Assembly: GCA_951406725.2 (NCBI GenBank)
Contig: OX597825.1
Coordinates: 2,232,001-2,296,000, forward strand
DNA: 64,000 nt
From: Octopus vulgaris
Taxonomy: Eukaryota
Direction: 5' to 3'
The position numbers and the translations under genes are program-made. Below are positions 29,554-41,391 of the stretch, piece after piece; position 1 is the stretch's first letter, and each line of letters begins with the position of its first letter. The notes below the pieces were generated by a model that was given only the letters and a program-made list of their open reading frames with translations, had not been told where the DNA came from and did no database searches.

Positions 29554-29760
29554 GTAAGTGTTTCTTGCAGAATATCAATAACCAGTTATTTATGAAATGT
29601 GGAAATTCTTCATTGGAGGTAACTGTTTATATGGAACAATTCGTGTAGGAATGTGTGTGTTTGTGTGAATGTATGTATGCATAAATATATACCTATATGT
29701 ATATATGTTTATCCATCTTATTGGCTGTCGATCTGTGTATCTATTCAAATATATAAGGCA

Positions 29761-29817
<57 letters not shown>

Positions 29818-29850
29818 TAGATAGTTAGATATATAGATCGATAGATATAG

Positions 29851-29927
<77 letters not shown>

Positions 29928-30910
29928 GTGTATGTGCGTGTGTGCGTGATTATATATTTATATATGCATGTGCCTTCTGGCCTGGTAGTAAGTAGACGTG
30001 AATCTCAAGGGCCATATCTTGTGTCAGCGAATTATGTATTCACTGAGAGTGCTCTATAACTAATTAGGAATAAGTTGGAGATGAATGTCTATGTATTTAA
30101 TCACTTCTTGAGTGTGTGTAGGAAGACAAAGTTTCCCGTGAAGACACAAGGCTTTGATTATAAAGCTATAACAACGTATGGAATGATGGAAGTGAGTGCG
30201 TTTGTGAAGAAGCAACAAAAATCCTATGTTTAACGATTCTCGTGGAAATAACTGAAGAGATTTGTACCGGGAAATATATTACATTTAACAACATAAGCTA
30301 CTTCACTGGGATTTTTATGGTAACTCGATTCACATAAAAGTCACAAGGCAAGTATTAATCTGTATTATGAAAGCGTTTTTTCGGTGAGTGCTTTACACTT
30401 AAATAGAAATTTGCTGCAGTTATGACCATTATCTCTATTAAATATATAAGAGGAAAGAATGATTCGCCGAAACAAAAAAATAGCTCTGCGTATTTATTTT
30501 GCCGTTTATATCTCAGGCATGATGATATTCCGGCGATTCGTAGTTTCTTGAATTGGTGAAAGGCTCAGGAAAACTGAGTGCAGGGGTGGTAAAACTGCCC
30601 CTCCACTAAACTTTTTGGGCGGCAATGATGATGTTTTGAACATCCTGAGTTTGACTTAAGTTTGCATCCTTAAGCGAATTTCGTTTCAGCACTTAGGCAA
30701 GCGGTGTATAAAGACACGTGATGGACGAGTGAATTACGGGTACCATCTATATTACTGGGTTTCTTCTGCTCGAAATTCTACACAAAGTTGTTTTGAACCG
30801 AAGTTATGGTAAAAATATACTTATACAACCTACCAGACAATATACCGTAACTCTTCTACGTGTGATGGCAAAATGAACTTCTTAAGAATTTAGACACATG
30901 AAAAATTCAT

Positions 30911-30975
30911 CTATCCGCCTAGCTATCCATGTGTGCACCTAGCTTTCCATGTGTCCGCCTAGCTATCCATGTATC
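30911..30975. repeat. 20-bp minisatellite, about 3 copies (CCTAGCTATCCATGTGTCCG)
   Basis: Direct reading. Confidence 0.85.
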
Positions 30976-32260
30976 TTAGCATAAACACACATATCGCAAA
31001 GTAATTGTTCTACTGGTATAAATATATGTGTATGCATACAAAAAGACTTATAGATACATACATACACATGCACAGAGACAGGCACACACACTAACACACA
31101 CACACGCGCGCACGTACGAACACATGAACAGCACGGTGTAAATATGTAGAAGATAATAGTTCGAACAAAATATAAAATTCTAGAGTAAACAACATTATCG
31201 CTATTATCAATAATAAAGAATTCGTAAAGATATTCCTTAAAAGTCCTTATAATATATATAAGATATTCCTTAAAATTTAATGACACCAATCTGAACGTTA
31301 TATATAAAGATTGACCCACAATAACAAGAATGCATGAAAAATAGGTGAATTTTCTTGATTAAAGCAACGAATACCAAGTTCTAAAGAGTTCCTGAATATA
31401 TAAATAAATAAATATATATATAATTTGATAAAGCATTATAATCTTTATTAAAGATAATGATAATAATAAAGTGGCCAACAAGTTTAACCTATATAAGTAA
31501 AATATACAAAGAAATATAATAGTGTACTGGAATCCCACTTGCTAGAAATAGGAGTTAACACTCCTAATCCACAAATTTCTTACTTTTAAGAAACACACAC
31601 AGTGAATGTAACGAATATAATAAAAATAGGCTTTACCTTGTCTAAACTACGAAGCAAGAACAAATGTCTTTATAGCATACCTCCATACCCACAGTTTACA
31701 CAGGGAGAGTAGAATAGTTAGGGGATTGTTAGGTTGATAGATGTATGTATGTTTACGTGTGGGTGTGAGTGTGTGTGTATGCACATGTTTTTTTGTAATT
31801 ACTAGGCACTATAAGGGTATGACAGCTAATGTCTTCAAAAGAAGATTCTCCCAGCATATGCACTCCTTCAGATCCAGAGACACCTCCGCGAATAACTGCA
31901 TATCCTCCAACAACCCATAGTATTCATCAACAAGAAATACAATTTATCGTATTGCTGTCACGAGAGGTATGCCCTTCCGGCAAATGTAAGCCCTCTGACT
32001 GACGGCATCCAGAATATACCACCTTAGCTCCAGCTGCTACTCTGCAACTGAAGTTGGGAGGGTGGGGGTAAAGTCACATACATATATTAAGACACGCACA
32101 CAGATAGATTAGCGCCATACCCTTAGCCTATCTCTGTTCCTGTGTGTCTCTCTCTGTTTTTAGATGTGTATCTGTGTGTCAGTCGTCACACACACATATA
32201 CCTAACAGCCATCGGCCTAACGTACGTAACGAACACATGAACACAATCCTATAACAAATG

Positions 32261-32293
32261 TGACGTCAGCGTTGCTGTCTTGGTGGTATAAAA
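32261..32293 (+). promoter_or_regulatory. Candidate Pol II promoter: full CRE plus TATA box
   Basis: TGACGTCA at 32261-32268 and TATAAAA at 32287-32293. Confidence 0.35.
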
Positions 32294-32486
32294 TGTCATT
32301 TACGATAAGTGCCTAAAAGAATAAGTATAATGTTAAATCTTTGTAAGGCAAATATATGAATGAAGATAAAGTTTAGCTGGTAGCCGAAAGTTTATTGAAT
32401 CTTTTGCTACCCCATACGCCAAAATCGGCAACGCGATCTTGGAATGCAGAAAGAATATACGCACTCACACACACATAAAACTCTTA

Positions 32487-32522
<36 letters not shown>

Positions 32523-33386
32523 TGTATGTATGTATGTATGTATGTATGTATGTATGTATGTATGGTTAAAGAATTGCATAGAAGAAAATATGTGTGTGCA
32601 TGTATGGAATAAAAGCAATATGCCCGTGAAATTGCTTTCTTATTTGCATATATTTGTATAAATTTACGTTAAAACCCACCGCTTATTTTGAAAAATCTAA
32701 GCTTTAGTTCATTTATAGATAGTCTGGTGAGAATGGTATTATATCTTGTCTGGTATCAACGGAGAGGTTGATGCTAAAATCTAGCGTCTGAGCCATTACG
32801 AAATCCAATCTGTACTACACTTATTGCGATCCTGGCCTGCTTGTTACATCAATACTTTTACTAATGAAAACCACTAGGTATGCTTCTTAATATAATCTGA
32901 CAGTAAATTGTTATTTGCTTTTAGAAATGACCAGCTTAGCACTAGCGCTGTTACAAGAAATTTGCGTGACAAATGATTTATAGGAAATAATGAAATTACT
33001 CAATGAAATCACGATTCAACTTTGTGTTGTGAATTCATATTGCAAGTACGTCTGGAATATGTCGTTATCTTTTTCACGAGTGATTTACTAAAAATATTTC
33101 TGTACCCAGAGGTCGTATACAATATGTAAAATAGACAAGCATTTAATGGTGCAGCGAAAATTTAAACTTGGCAATCATCCACCAAGTTTCCGTTTTCTTA
33201 TAACGCATAAGACACGCTGTTTATGTGATCTATCCACGGAGGGAAACAGAAACACACTCACAGGCAAATGCAGACGTAGGAACGATGTGAATAATATGAA
33301 TAATTAAAGCATTTCAGTTGAAATTTAGTGTTTCCTTTCGATTATGCAACACTATCGCAGCTCTACCCGTAACAGGTGAAGATATA

Positions 33387-34634
33387 CGAGTCTGGGTTGA
33401 AAAGTTCATAACTCGGCTATGAAGGAGCGATGCTAGAAGTGCGATGTCTTGCTTGCAGTAATTTCAACTCTCCTTATTAATAGCTACATTGTTTCTTCTT
33501 AGGTAAACTGATATCTGGGTGTTCAAAGAAGATTTCAAATGCAACTGGTAGCGGCATTTCTTGAAAAATGTCATAATTTGGCATTGTGGTGTTACCAAGT
33601 ATCTGAATGAAAAAGGGTTTAATCCTCAGGGACATTCATACTGACATGGTTGCTATATTAGGGGATGACGTTGAAACTTTATAAAGAGTGCAAAAGTGGG
33701 CGTCTGAATTTAAGAGGTAAAACGTGGTCTTGAAGATGACTCAAGTTCAGTTTTCTTGCACCTGCCACAACCGAGGAAGATAATGATTATGTTCACCAGA
33801 CTGGTGATGGATGACAGACAGTTGACTATAAGTAAAATAGCCAATAGTATTGACATGTCCTATGAGAGAGTGAGGATATTCTGCAAAATGACCTGAGCAT
33901 GACGATCAAAATCGCACCAGGCTGATCACAACACAGACAAACCTGATACCCTTTGAGGTGGAGCCAGCTGGTTTCGTAGAACGTTTTGTAACCCAAGATG
34001 AGTTTTGACTCTATCACTTTCGCCCAGAGACAAAGAAACAATCCATGTAGCGGCAACACAACACCTCACCTATTCCAAAGAAGGCAAATGTCGTTTCGCC
34101 GGCATTGAAATTGATGGCATTACATTTTGGGACAATAGACATTGTGTTTATTGGGCATCTTCAAATGGGAAACATCATCAAAGGAATATTCTATGCCAAC
34201 TTGGTGAGGCAGTTGTGAAAGGTTATCAAGGTTAAATGCCCAGGAAAACTGACGAGAGGGATCTTGTTTCACCAAGACAATAATCCAGCAAACAAGTCCT
34301 TGCTTTCAATGGTTGCTGTGCATGGCAGTGTCTTTGAAATGGTTGGCTGCCCTCATTTTTGTTTGATGTAGCCCTATTTGGCTATCATTTATTCCCCAAC
34401 ATGAGAACAGACTTTGCAGGGAACTAGTATCGTAGTGATAATTACTCTTGTTAGTAAATTGCTTAATCAATAGAATGAAAGCTTCTTCAGGAACGGAATC
34501 CAAGCACTGCAACACCGATGAAAGAAGAGTGTTGGCCGTAGGCGGGAGTACTATGCTCAAAAAAAAAAAACGTCATTCGGTCACATTCCATGAGAGTTAT
34601 CTGGTCAGCCTATTAAATTTTCAGCCGATGTTCG
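33387..34634 (+). mobile_element. Full-length but decayed mariner (DD34D) DNA transposon
   Basis: About 1.25 kb. Degenerate TIRs are TA-CGAGTCTGGGTTGAAAAGTTCATA and TATTAAATTTTCAGCCGATGTTCG. Remnant peptides: DIHTDMVAILGDD, VQKWASEFKR, RFVTQDEF*LYHFRPETKKQSM, GILFHQDN. Many stops. Confidence 0.88.
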
Positions 34635-34946
34635 CAGTTTATTGCTAAGCAGGTAAGAGAGGAGGTTTGGACAAAATTGTGTCATTTATTGATGGATGGG
34701 TTCGGAGTAAAATGAAAATGAAGCTAATATAAGAATAAAATACTCTATTGAAAGATGTATGCGGCAGAGGAAAGATAAAACTTTCAAATCATCCTGTTAC
34801 CTTGTTTTCTTGTTAAAAGAATATATTGGGCATGATGGTTCATTAGGAAACGACAGTCTGTAAGAAACAGTTATTTTGTTACTGTGGTGTATGTGTGGAG
34901 TGGTTCTGTAGTTATGTTATCATAAAAAGAAGAGATAACACGATGT

Positions 34947-34991
<45 letters not shown>

Positions 34992-35314
34992 GGGGGGGGA
35001 GGAGAATATGATTGTCGTTTGTAGTAGCGTAGCTCGCACAAAGTTAGTAACAGTCTCGTTCGATTTTCAGACTGTCATATCCTCCAGGTCTGGCAGACAA
35101 GATCTGATACCGAATAGAGCACGATTGCATTCCTTTCCATTCTCGTGGAAATACTGCTGCCTGACCTTGTCTGGCATATTTACTTCTCTTCATATCGGTC
35201 TCATCGCTGAGAGAATTTATTACATTAAGCTTGATTTATTTGTAATCGACAACATCGATTCGTTAAATAATGGAGATGTCATTAGGTGCATTTGTAAAAG
35301 TTGATGGTTGGCGC

Positions 35315-35362
35315 TGACGTCAATCAGCCAATTCGATGCAAAGTTCTTGGGTGGCATTGGTT
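35315..35362. promoter_or_regulatory. CRE plus CCAAT cluster
   Basis: TGACGTCA at 35315-22, CCAAT at 35328-32 and ATTGG near 35357. An NF-Y-like AGCCAATCAG lies near 35920 and a (GA)n tract at 34950-34992. Confidence 0.3.
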
Positions 35363-37199
35363 AGATTTCTTATGTGGTCTTTGCATATTTAAAAGATCAA
35401 ACTGTTATTCATGGCAAATTTTCTAATTGACAATAGGAATCCCGGGTTCAATACTTTCAGAACTTACAATTTAAGTAATCTGTAACCAGGAAGTATCTAT
35501 CAATTCTTTAAAATCTCATAAATCATTTTCACATCCCATGAACAACCGCGCAGCTTCGCCGAACGTGCTTAATGAGCTTTCATCCTGGTTCATGTCTTTG
35601 CTTTCTCTTATTCTTTGCTTTTATGTCTAATAGTTACACGGGATAGTGCATGTTCTGTTCAGGTTTTGCAGTGTTGTTCCCTGGTAGAAGTTGCATTAAC
35701 AAGAGTAAAAAGAAATGTTGTAACGCATTTTGGAAAAGGTAAATAGGAATAAAGAATATATATATATATACATATATATATACCGAATATTGTTGGCGTC
35801 GTAGGATTTTATGAATTTTCGAGAGATTCGGAATAATTCCTTTATGGAATACTGGCTCCAAAGTAGGTAACTCTGCAACGGTGTGTCATTCCCATTAGAA
35901 ATGTTGGGCTTCCTCACCTAGCCAATCAGCTGGCATAATTCGAAAACTACAACAATTCACGAATTTGAAAGCAGTTGGCGCATGAAGTGCCTGCAACACC
36001 TCTCTGTAGACCACATTTTTCGTTGTGCCATTAGGGGCAAGTACAAATATATTTTATTGGCTTCCAGCTCTGGAGCACCCGACATGTGTAACTGGCAAAG
36101 AGAGAAACATGGCTCAACCTTCGTTCTTTGGTAGCCGAAGCAGACTATGTTTCATGACCAAGGCGCATTGTTTTCTTAGGTGGCATTGTGGTAGTATTGG
36201 ACTATGTTTAACTTGCGAGTTTTTTTAAAATGGGGCAAAGGGCACACTGAAAACGAATTTGGCACGAAGTATAAAATTGAGCCTACTAAACGTATTATTC
36301 AAAAAAGGTAGGAACAGGGACAGGCAGTTAGCTATGTGCACACAAAGACACTGAGTACAATATTTTTTTCACGATACATAAGCTAAAAACTGTTCGGTGG
36401 CAACAGTATGAACGAGTTAACTTCATTGAGTATGAAGACAACGAAATATTTCAACAGGAAGTATGAAGCTGAAGCAATAATATATGTCAAATGCCTAACC
36501 TGTAAGCCGAAGCACGTATCAGATATGCAGAAAAGCGCATCAATAATTAGGATTTGACACTGGCATGATCAGGCGAACGCTGTTTCATCAATAAAATTCA
36601 AAGAATTAATTGGACAGGCTCATTACGGTGAATAATCAATAGTATTTACGCGCACAGGTCAAAAGTCATGTTCACATTTCGCCCCTTAATGGCAGACCAT
36701 TGACATACCATTAAGGAAAATGGGGGCGAAAAGAGGGCATTATGGTCGTCGGCGAAAATGGTGGGGGAGAGGGAAGACCGTAATCTTTAAGGACGTGGTA
36801 AAAGTAGTTCACACCAAATAAAAGGCTGAAGTGGGCTGAGGGGCATCGTGGCTGTAGGGATAACAGCGTGGGGGGGGAGGGTTAATTAAACACTAATGTA
36901 CACAGATCAAAAATTGGGGTGCACATTAATAGCATTCACGCTTACATGTCAAAGGTCATGCTCGTAGTTCACCCTGTGTTAGGACATCATGAGAGGATAG
37001 TAATTCAAGATAATTTGTGCTGAAGTGTGTGTCGGGTGGATCATAACAGGAGGCGATAATAGAGTTGGTGGTTAAGTACGGAAATCAAATCAGTGAGGTA
37101 AAACTGCCCCACTATCCTTGGCGCGTGAGTAAACGGCAGAAGTTGTAAGCTCAAAGCCAAGTTTAGTCCAGTTAATTGAAAGTTTAATGCAAATAAACT

Positions 37200-37762
37200 T
37201 GACAAAACATTAGTTAAAACAATCAATTAAGCACGGGTAATATTCTTGCCAAATTTGGAGCGAATCAGTTTTGGAACAGCGGAAGCTATTGGCAAAAGAC
37301 CGAACTTTACGCAGTTATACGCATACTTTTCTCATTCAACGTGGATTGAGTTGACAAAAGCTTAAGTTTAAAATAATTCTTAAAGCATGAGTAATGTTTG
37401 TGCCAAATTTGGAGCGAATCTTTTGAGAACTGCGAAATTTATTGGCAAAAGACAAATTTTCACGCAGTTATTCGCGGATTTTTCACGATTAACGCGGTTG
37501 ACCATGACAAAATTTTAAGCAAAACAAATTCTTATGCCATGAGTAATGGTCGTGCAAAAGTTGGAGGAAATCGCTCGAAAAACAAGTTTTCTGAACAGTT
37601 ATTCACAGTTTTTGGTTATACGCGTGGGGAGGGGGATCTAGAAAATACAAAGTAGGTCCATCCTTGGAGCATAAGCTGACGTATCAAGTTTGAGGTAAAT
37701 CGGTTGAAAAGTGTGAAATGCATAACAAGCATACACACAGACAGACACACAGAGATCTGTTT

Positions 37763-37767
<5 letters not shown>
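37200..37767 (+). mobile_element. Non-autonomous Helitron/Helentron-like element, 3' part with internal repeats
   Basis: Recurrent (C)AAATTTGGAGCGAATC / AAGTTGGAGGAAATCG / AAGTTTGAGGTAAATCGG at about 37250, 37405, 37558 and 37686. It ends in ACAGACAGACACAC...TTTTATAT, a DINE/HINE-like architecture. Confidence 0.5.
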
Positions 37768-37793
<26 letters not shown>

Positions 37794-37844
37794 TTGTGTG
37801 AATGTCACTAGCAGCACTACCTCATCTCTCTCTCCAATTAAACA

Positions 37845-38620
37845 TCGTAGAACTGATATCTGCAACTGCATATCCAGGACAGACTGCCCGCTGCAACACC
37901 AATGCAGAGGATTCAACGTCGTATACCAACGGATCTTTCACAGCATAGCAAATACCTCATATAGGTACTACATGTTTTAAACAATCATATATACATTTAA
38001 ACTCGTTTAAATAAAAAGAGAATAGCAATTCCACATCACTAGTCAGCCACGTACACCATCTAATTAATAGAAAAATACAATATAGACTTTCTTGGGCTAT
38101 ACTAGACTCGGGTAATCCTGGTACAAGTAAGTGTTGGCCCAACACTCCACTTGTGGACTCTACTTGAAAGAAGCCCTCAAAATGTTAACCCATAACTGCC
38201 CACAGTTGCTTAAGCAATACAACGAAACCTTCACTACGTGTAAGCAAAAATTCTTCCACAATTTTAAATTCTTCCATAAATCTAAATGTAAGTTCACCCT
38301 CCACGAATACCACCCACTTACAAACCTCTATGATCGTTAGCACATACCTCTCTATATCTGTCCTATCTTCCATTATCTCTATATCTCTTCTATCTACCTT
38401 ACCGCATCACTTATAAGATAAATATTAATTCCTTAATCTGTCTTTAATTTATTTTGAAACCTTAAGCCAATAAATCCCCTAATATTCAATTCTAATTCCT
38501 ACTCCTAAATAGTTTAACATTCAACTAGTTCCTCCATCCTCGACTACCTACACACCCATAACACCATTGCTAAAAATAACTCTACAGTTTCTGACCTTCG
38601 CCAGAGCAGACACAAGCATT
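37845..38620 (+). mobile_element. Decayed Penelope-like element 3' fragment (CNC-type linker + GIY-YIG endonuclease) and 3' UTR
   Basis: CNCISRTDCPLQHQCRGFNVVYQ...IGTTCFK...NSTSLVSHVHHL...YRLSWAILD...CGLYLKEALKML...LLKQYNETFTTCK. Frameshifted; ends at (TA)n. Confidence 0.75.
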
Positions 38621-38627
38621 TACTACA

Positions 38628-38684
<57 letters not shown>

Positions 38685-38691
38685 AAAACAA

Positions 38692-38856
38692 ATTAGAGAC
38701 AAAACCACTATTTTGCAAAACAAACAAGGAAAGACTTAATCAATACATAAAAAAGGTGGCGGTTTTTTTGACTTTTTATTAAAATTTTATTAAAATTTTA
38801 TGTATTGATTAAGTCTTTCCTTGTTTGTTTTGCAAAATAGTGGTTTTGTCTCTAAT
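38692..38856. repeat. Inverted repeat with 61-bp arms (38692-38752 / 38796-38856), probable PLE pLTR footprint
   Basis: The arms read as exact reverse complements with a 43-bp spacer. (TA)n lies on both sides. Confidence 0.9.
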
Positions 38857-39021
38857 AATATTATATAATATTTTACTATAAAATTGGATTTAATCCTAAA
38901 TCTGATTTTTTCCCTGTAAATTTGGATTTATTCCCTAATATTTATTATTTTATATATATATATATATATATAGGTGCGTGTGTGTGTGTGTGTGTGTGTA
39001 AATACACACATGCGCATAGAT

Positions 39022-39069
<48 letters not shown>

Positions 39070-39201
39070 AAAATAGTAAAGTGTGAAAAAACGACAGAAG
39101 GCTTAAATGTTAAAAAATATATATATTTGTGTCAAAATGTCTGGAGAATATTGGAAAAATTTTTTTCCTTTCCTTAAAATGACATAATTTAAAAATTTTT
39201 A

Positions 39202-39241
39202 AAGAAATTACCGGTTTCGCGTGTAGCTTTTCAAATTTCTT
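39202..39241 (-). ncRNA. Minimal type-I hammerhead ribozyme motif in the 3' pLTR (variant core UUGAAAA)
   Basis: AAGAAAT-TTGAAAA-GC-TACAC-GC-GAAAC-CG-GTA-ATTTCTT, with a 7-bp stem I and palindromic ACCGGT in stem III. Confidence 0.7.
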
Positions 39242-39377
39242 GTGACGTTATGTTTATATTGCATGGAATTATCGTTGTTTTTATTTCCAGGAGATTTCTA
39301 AATAAGGGGAGGTAGTGAGTGATTTTTTCCGGTGTAGGGGAGATAATCGCTTAAAAAATTTTTTTCCCATTTCCTTA

Positions 39378-40079
39378 TTAATTTCTCTGTGTCAGTATGT
39401 TCGGATGGTTGAGTCTGGGTTTGTACTTTTCAATGAAGAATGTTTCCTTGTTCAGTCTCATTTGTGTTGATAATCCGAAAGCACATTGGTAAAATGGGAA
39501 GATTAAAAATTGTGGCAGTAGTTGCTTTGCGCATTTCTCAATGTGCTCACTAAAAGGTATCATTCTATATTCTGGGAATGCAATCTGTTGTCGATGCAGT
39601 GTGCATCTGCGCCTGAGTGATAGTCCCGTGGAACCCACGTAGTCTTGGTGGCAGCCCGAGCATTTAATAACATAAATTATGTTTTCAGAGGCACAAGTAA
39701 AGTTAGATTTGATCTTAAATTTCTGTCCTTCTTTAAAGAAGAATTCTGATCCTTCCAATAGGTTAGGACATGTTGCACAGTTCGATCTACCACATTTTTT
39801 TACTTTTGCATCCGTAATTTTAGAAGACAATTTTGCCTTTGTGAGAATCTTTTTAAGTGATTTAGGCTGTTTGTAGCTTTTAATGATTTGGTGTATGTTT
39901 AGAATTTCCTTTAATTTTGGGTTTTTATGAAGTATTGGTAAATTCTGGGTGATGATGGTGAAGGCTTCTTTGTTTCTGGGGTTGTATGTAGATATGTAAG
40001 GTAGTATTTTCGGGGAAGGTGTGTTGTTGTGTTGAACTTTTCTTAAAGTTTCTATGTTGATTTCTGTTGCACGTCTGAT
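39378..40079 (-). CDS. PLE polyprotein C-terminal part: RT-distal linker, Cys-rich knuckle and GIY-YIG endonuclease (5'-truncated, no start codon)
   Basis: The frame stays open for 83 codons upstream of the tracked ORF: IRRATEIN...LPYISTYNPRN...SYKQPKSLKKIL, then KKCGRSNCATC, FTCASENIIYVIKCSGCHQDYVGSTGLSLRRRCTLH...ETFFIEKYKPRLN. Confidence 0.9.
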   Translation of the reverse strand: MRRATEINIETLRKVQHNNTPSPKILPYISTYNPRNKEAFTIITQNLPILHKNPKLKEILNIHQIIKSYKQPKSLKKILTKAKLSSKITDAKVKKCGRSNCATCPNLLEGSEFFFKEGQKFKIKSNFTCASENIIYVIKCSGCHQDYVGSTGLSLRRRCTLHRQQIAFPEYRMIPFSEHIEKCAKQLLPQFLIFPFYQCAFGLSTQMRLNKETFFIEKYKPRLNHPNILTQRN

Positions 40080-40092
40080 AACATAACGTCAC

Positions 40093-40132
40093 AAGAAATT
40101 TGAAAAGCTACACGCGAAACCGGTAATTTCTT
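40093..40132 (+). ncRNA. Minimal hammerhead motif in the inverted pLTR copy
   Basis: Same sequence as 39202-39241 on the opposite strand. Confidence 0.7.
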
Positions 40133-40304
40133 TAAAAATTTTTAAATTATGTCATTTTAAGGAAAGGAAAAAAATTTTTCCAATATTCTCCAGACATTTT
40201 GACACAAATATATATATTTTTTAACATTTAAGCCTTCTGTCGTTTTTTCACACTTTACTATTTTCTTATATATTCACCCACGTGCTTTACCAAACAAACT
40301 TTCT

Positions 40305-40368
<64 letters not shown>

Positions 40369-40419
40369 CATACACATAGATATACATACATACATCATGT
40401 TGATTCGTTAGTTACTGCA

Positions 40420-40737
<318 letters not shown>

Positions 40738-41240
40738 TGTTTGTACGTATGTATGTACACAAGTTTGTGTATCTGTTTTCTATGTGAAATTATTTCTTTT
40801 ACTTCCTTAGATTATCCTAAACCAGCGCTATCCCAAATGCTCGTCCATCATATCGATTGATTCATTTACTTCAATTTGCCTCTTTATTTACCAATACCTA
40901 CTTGTGGGATTGGTAAGATTGAGGACATAAACGGCTCCAAAATATACACAAATACTTACAGACACTTCAAGCGCACGAAGAAAGGCTGTTGTCCAGGTTG
41001 TTACAGGGTAGGATCGAACTCAGTAACACGTGCATGCAAGGGGTATGTCCCACCCAAACACTAACGTCTGTGTCATACCGAGAGAGAGAGAGAGAGAGAG
41101 GAGGAACTGAAAGAAAAGTCAACTGAATATACCTTAATTCCTCCAATGTTTTTGTAAGTTCAGTATACATAATTATATGTTTGGATAAAATTTTAGAAAC
41201 ATTTATAGGACCATACGTACATACATATGTGTGCATATAC

Positions 41241-41275
<35 letters not shown>

Positions 41276-41280
41276 TATAC

Positions 41281-41349
<69 letters not shown>

Positions 41350-41355
41350 CATACA

Positions 41356-41391
<36 letters not shown>

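Larger units (their letters stand above)
39067..40306 (-). mobile_element. Young 5'-truncated Penelope-like element (Neptune-type) with an inverted pLTR
   Basis: 188-bp inverted repeats (39067-39254 / 40080-40267) enclose a GIY-YIG ORF. The inverted copy has an extra tail of about 39 bp. (TA)n lies on both flanks. Confidence 0.93.

Noticed and set aside
37240-37710. Regularly spaced repeats resembling an array with spacers (CRISPR-like)
   Set aside because: The repeats are degenerate with about 130-155 bp periods and similar intervening sequence, the context is eukaryotic and no cas genes are present. They fit Helitron-like internal repeats.
39378-40079. Possible selenocysteine recoding, or a host/bacterial GIY-YIG gene
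   Set aside because: There is no in-frame TGA. The pLTR, HHR and linker motifs identify it as a PLE.
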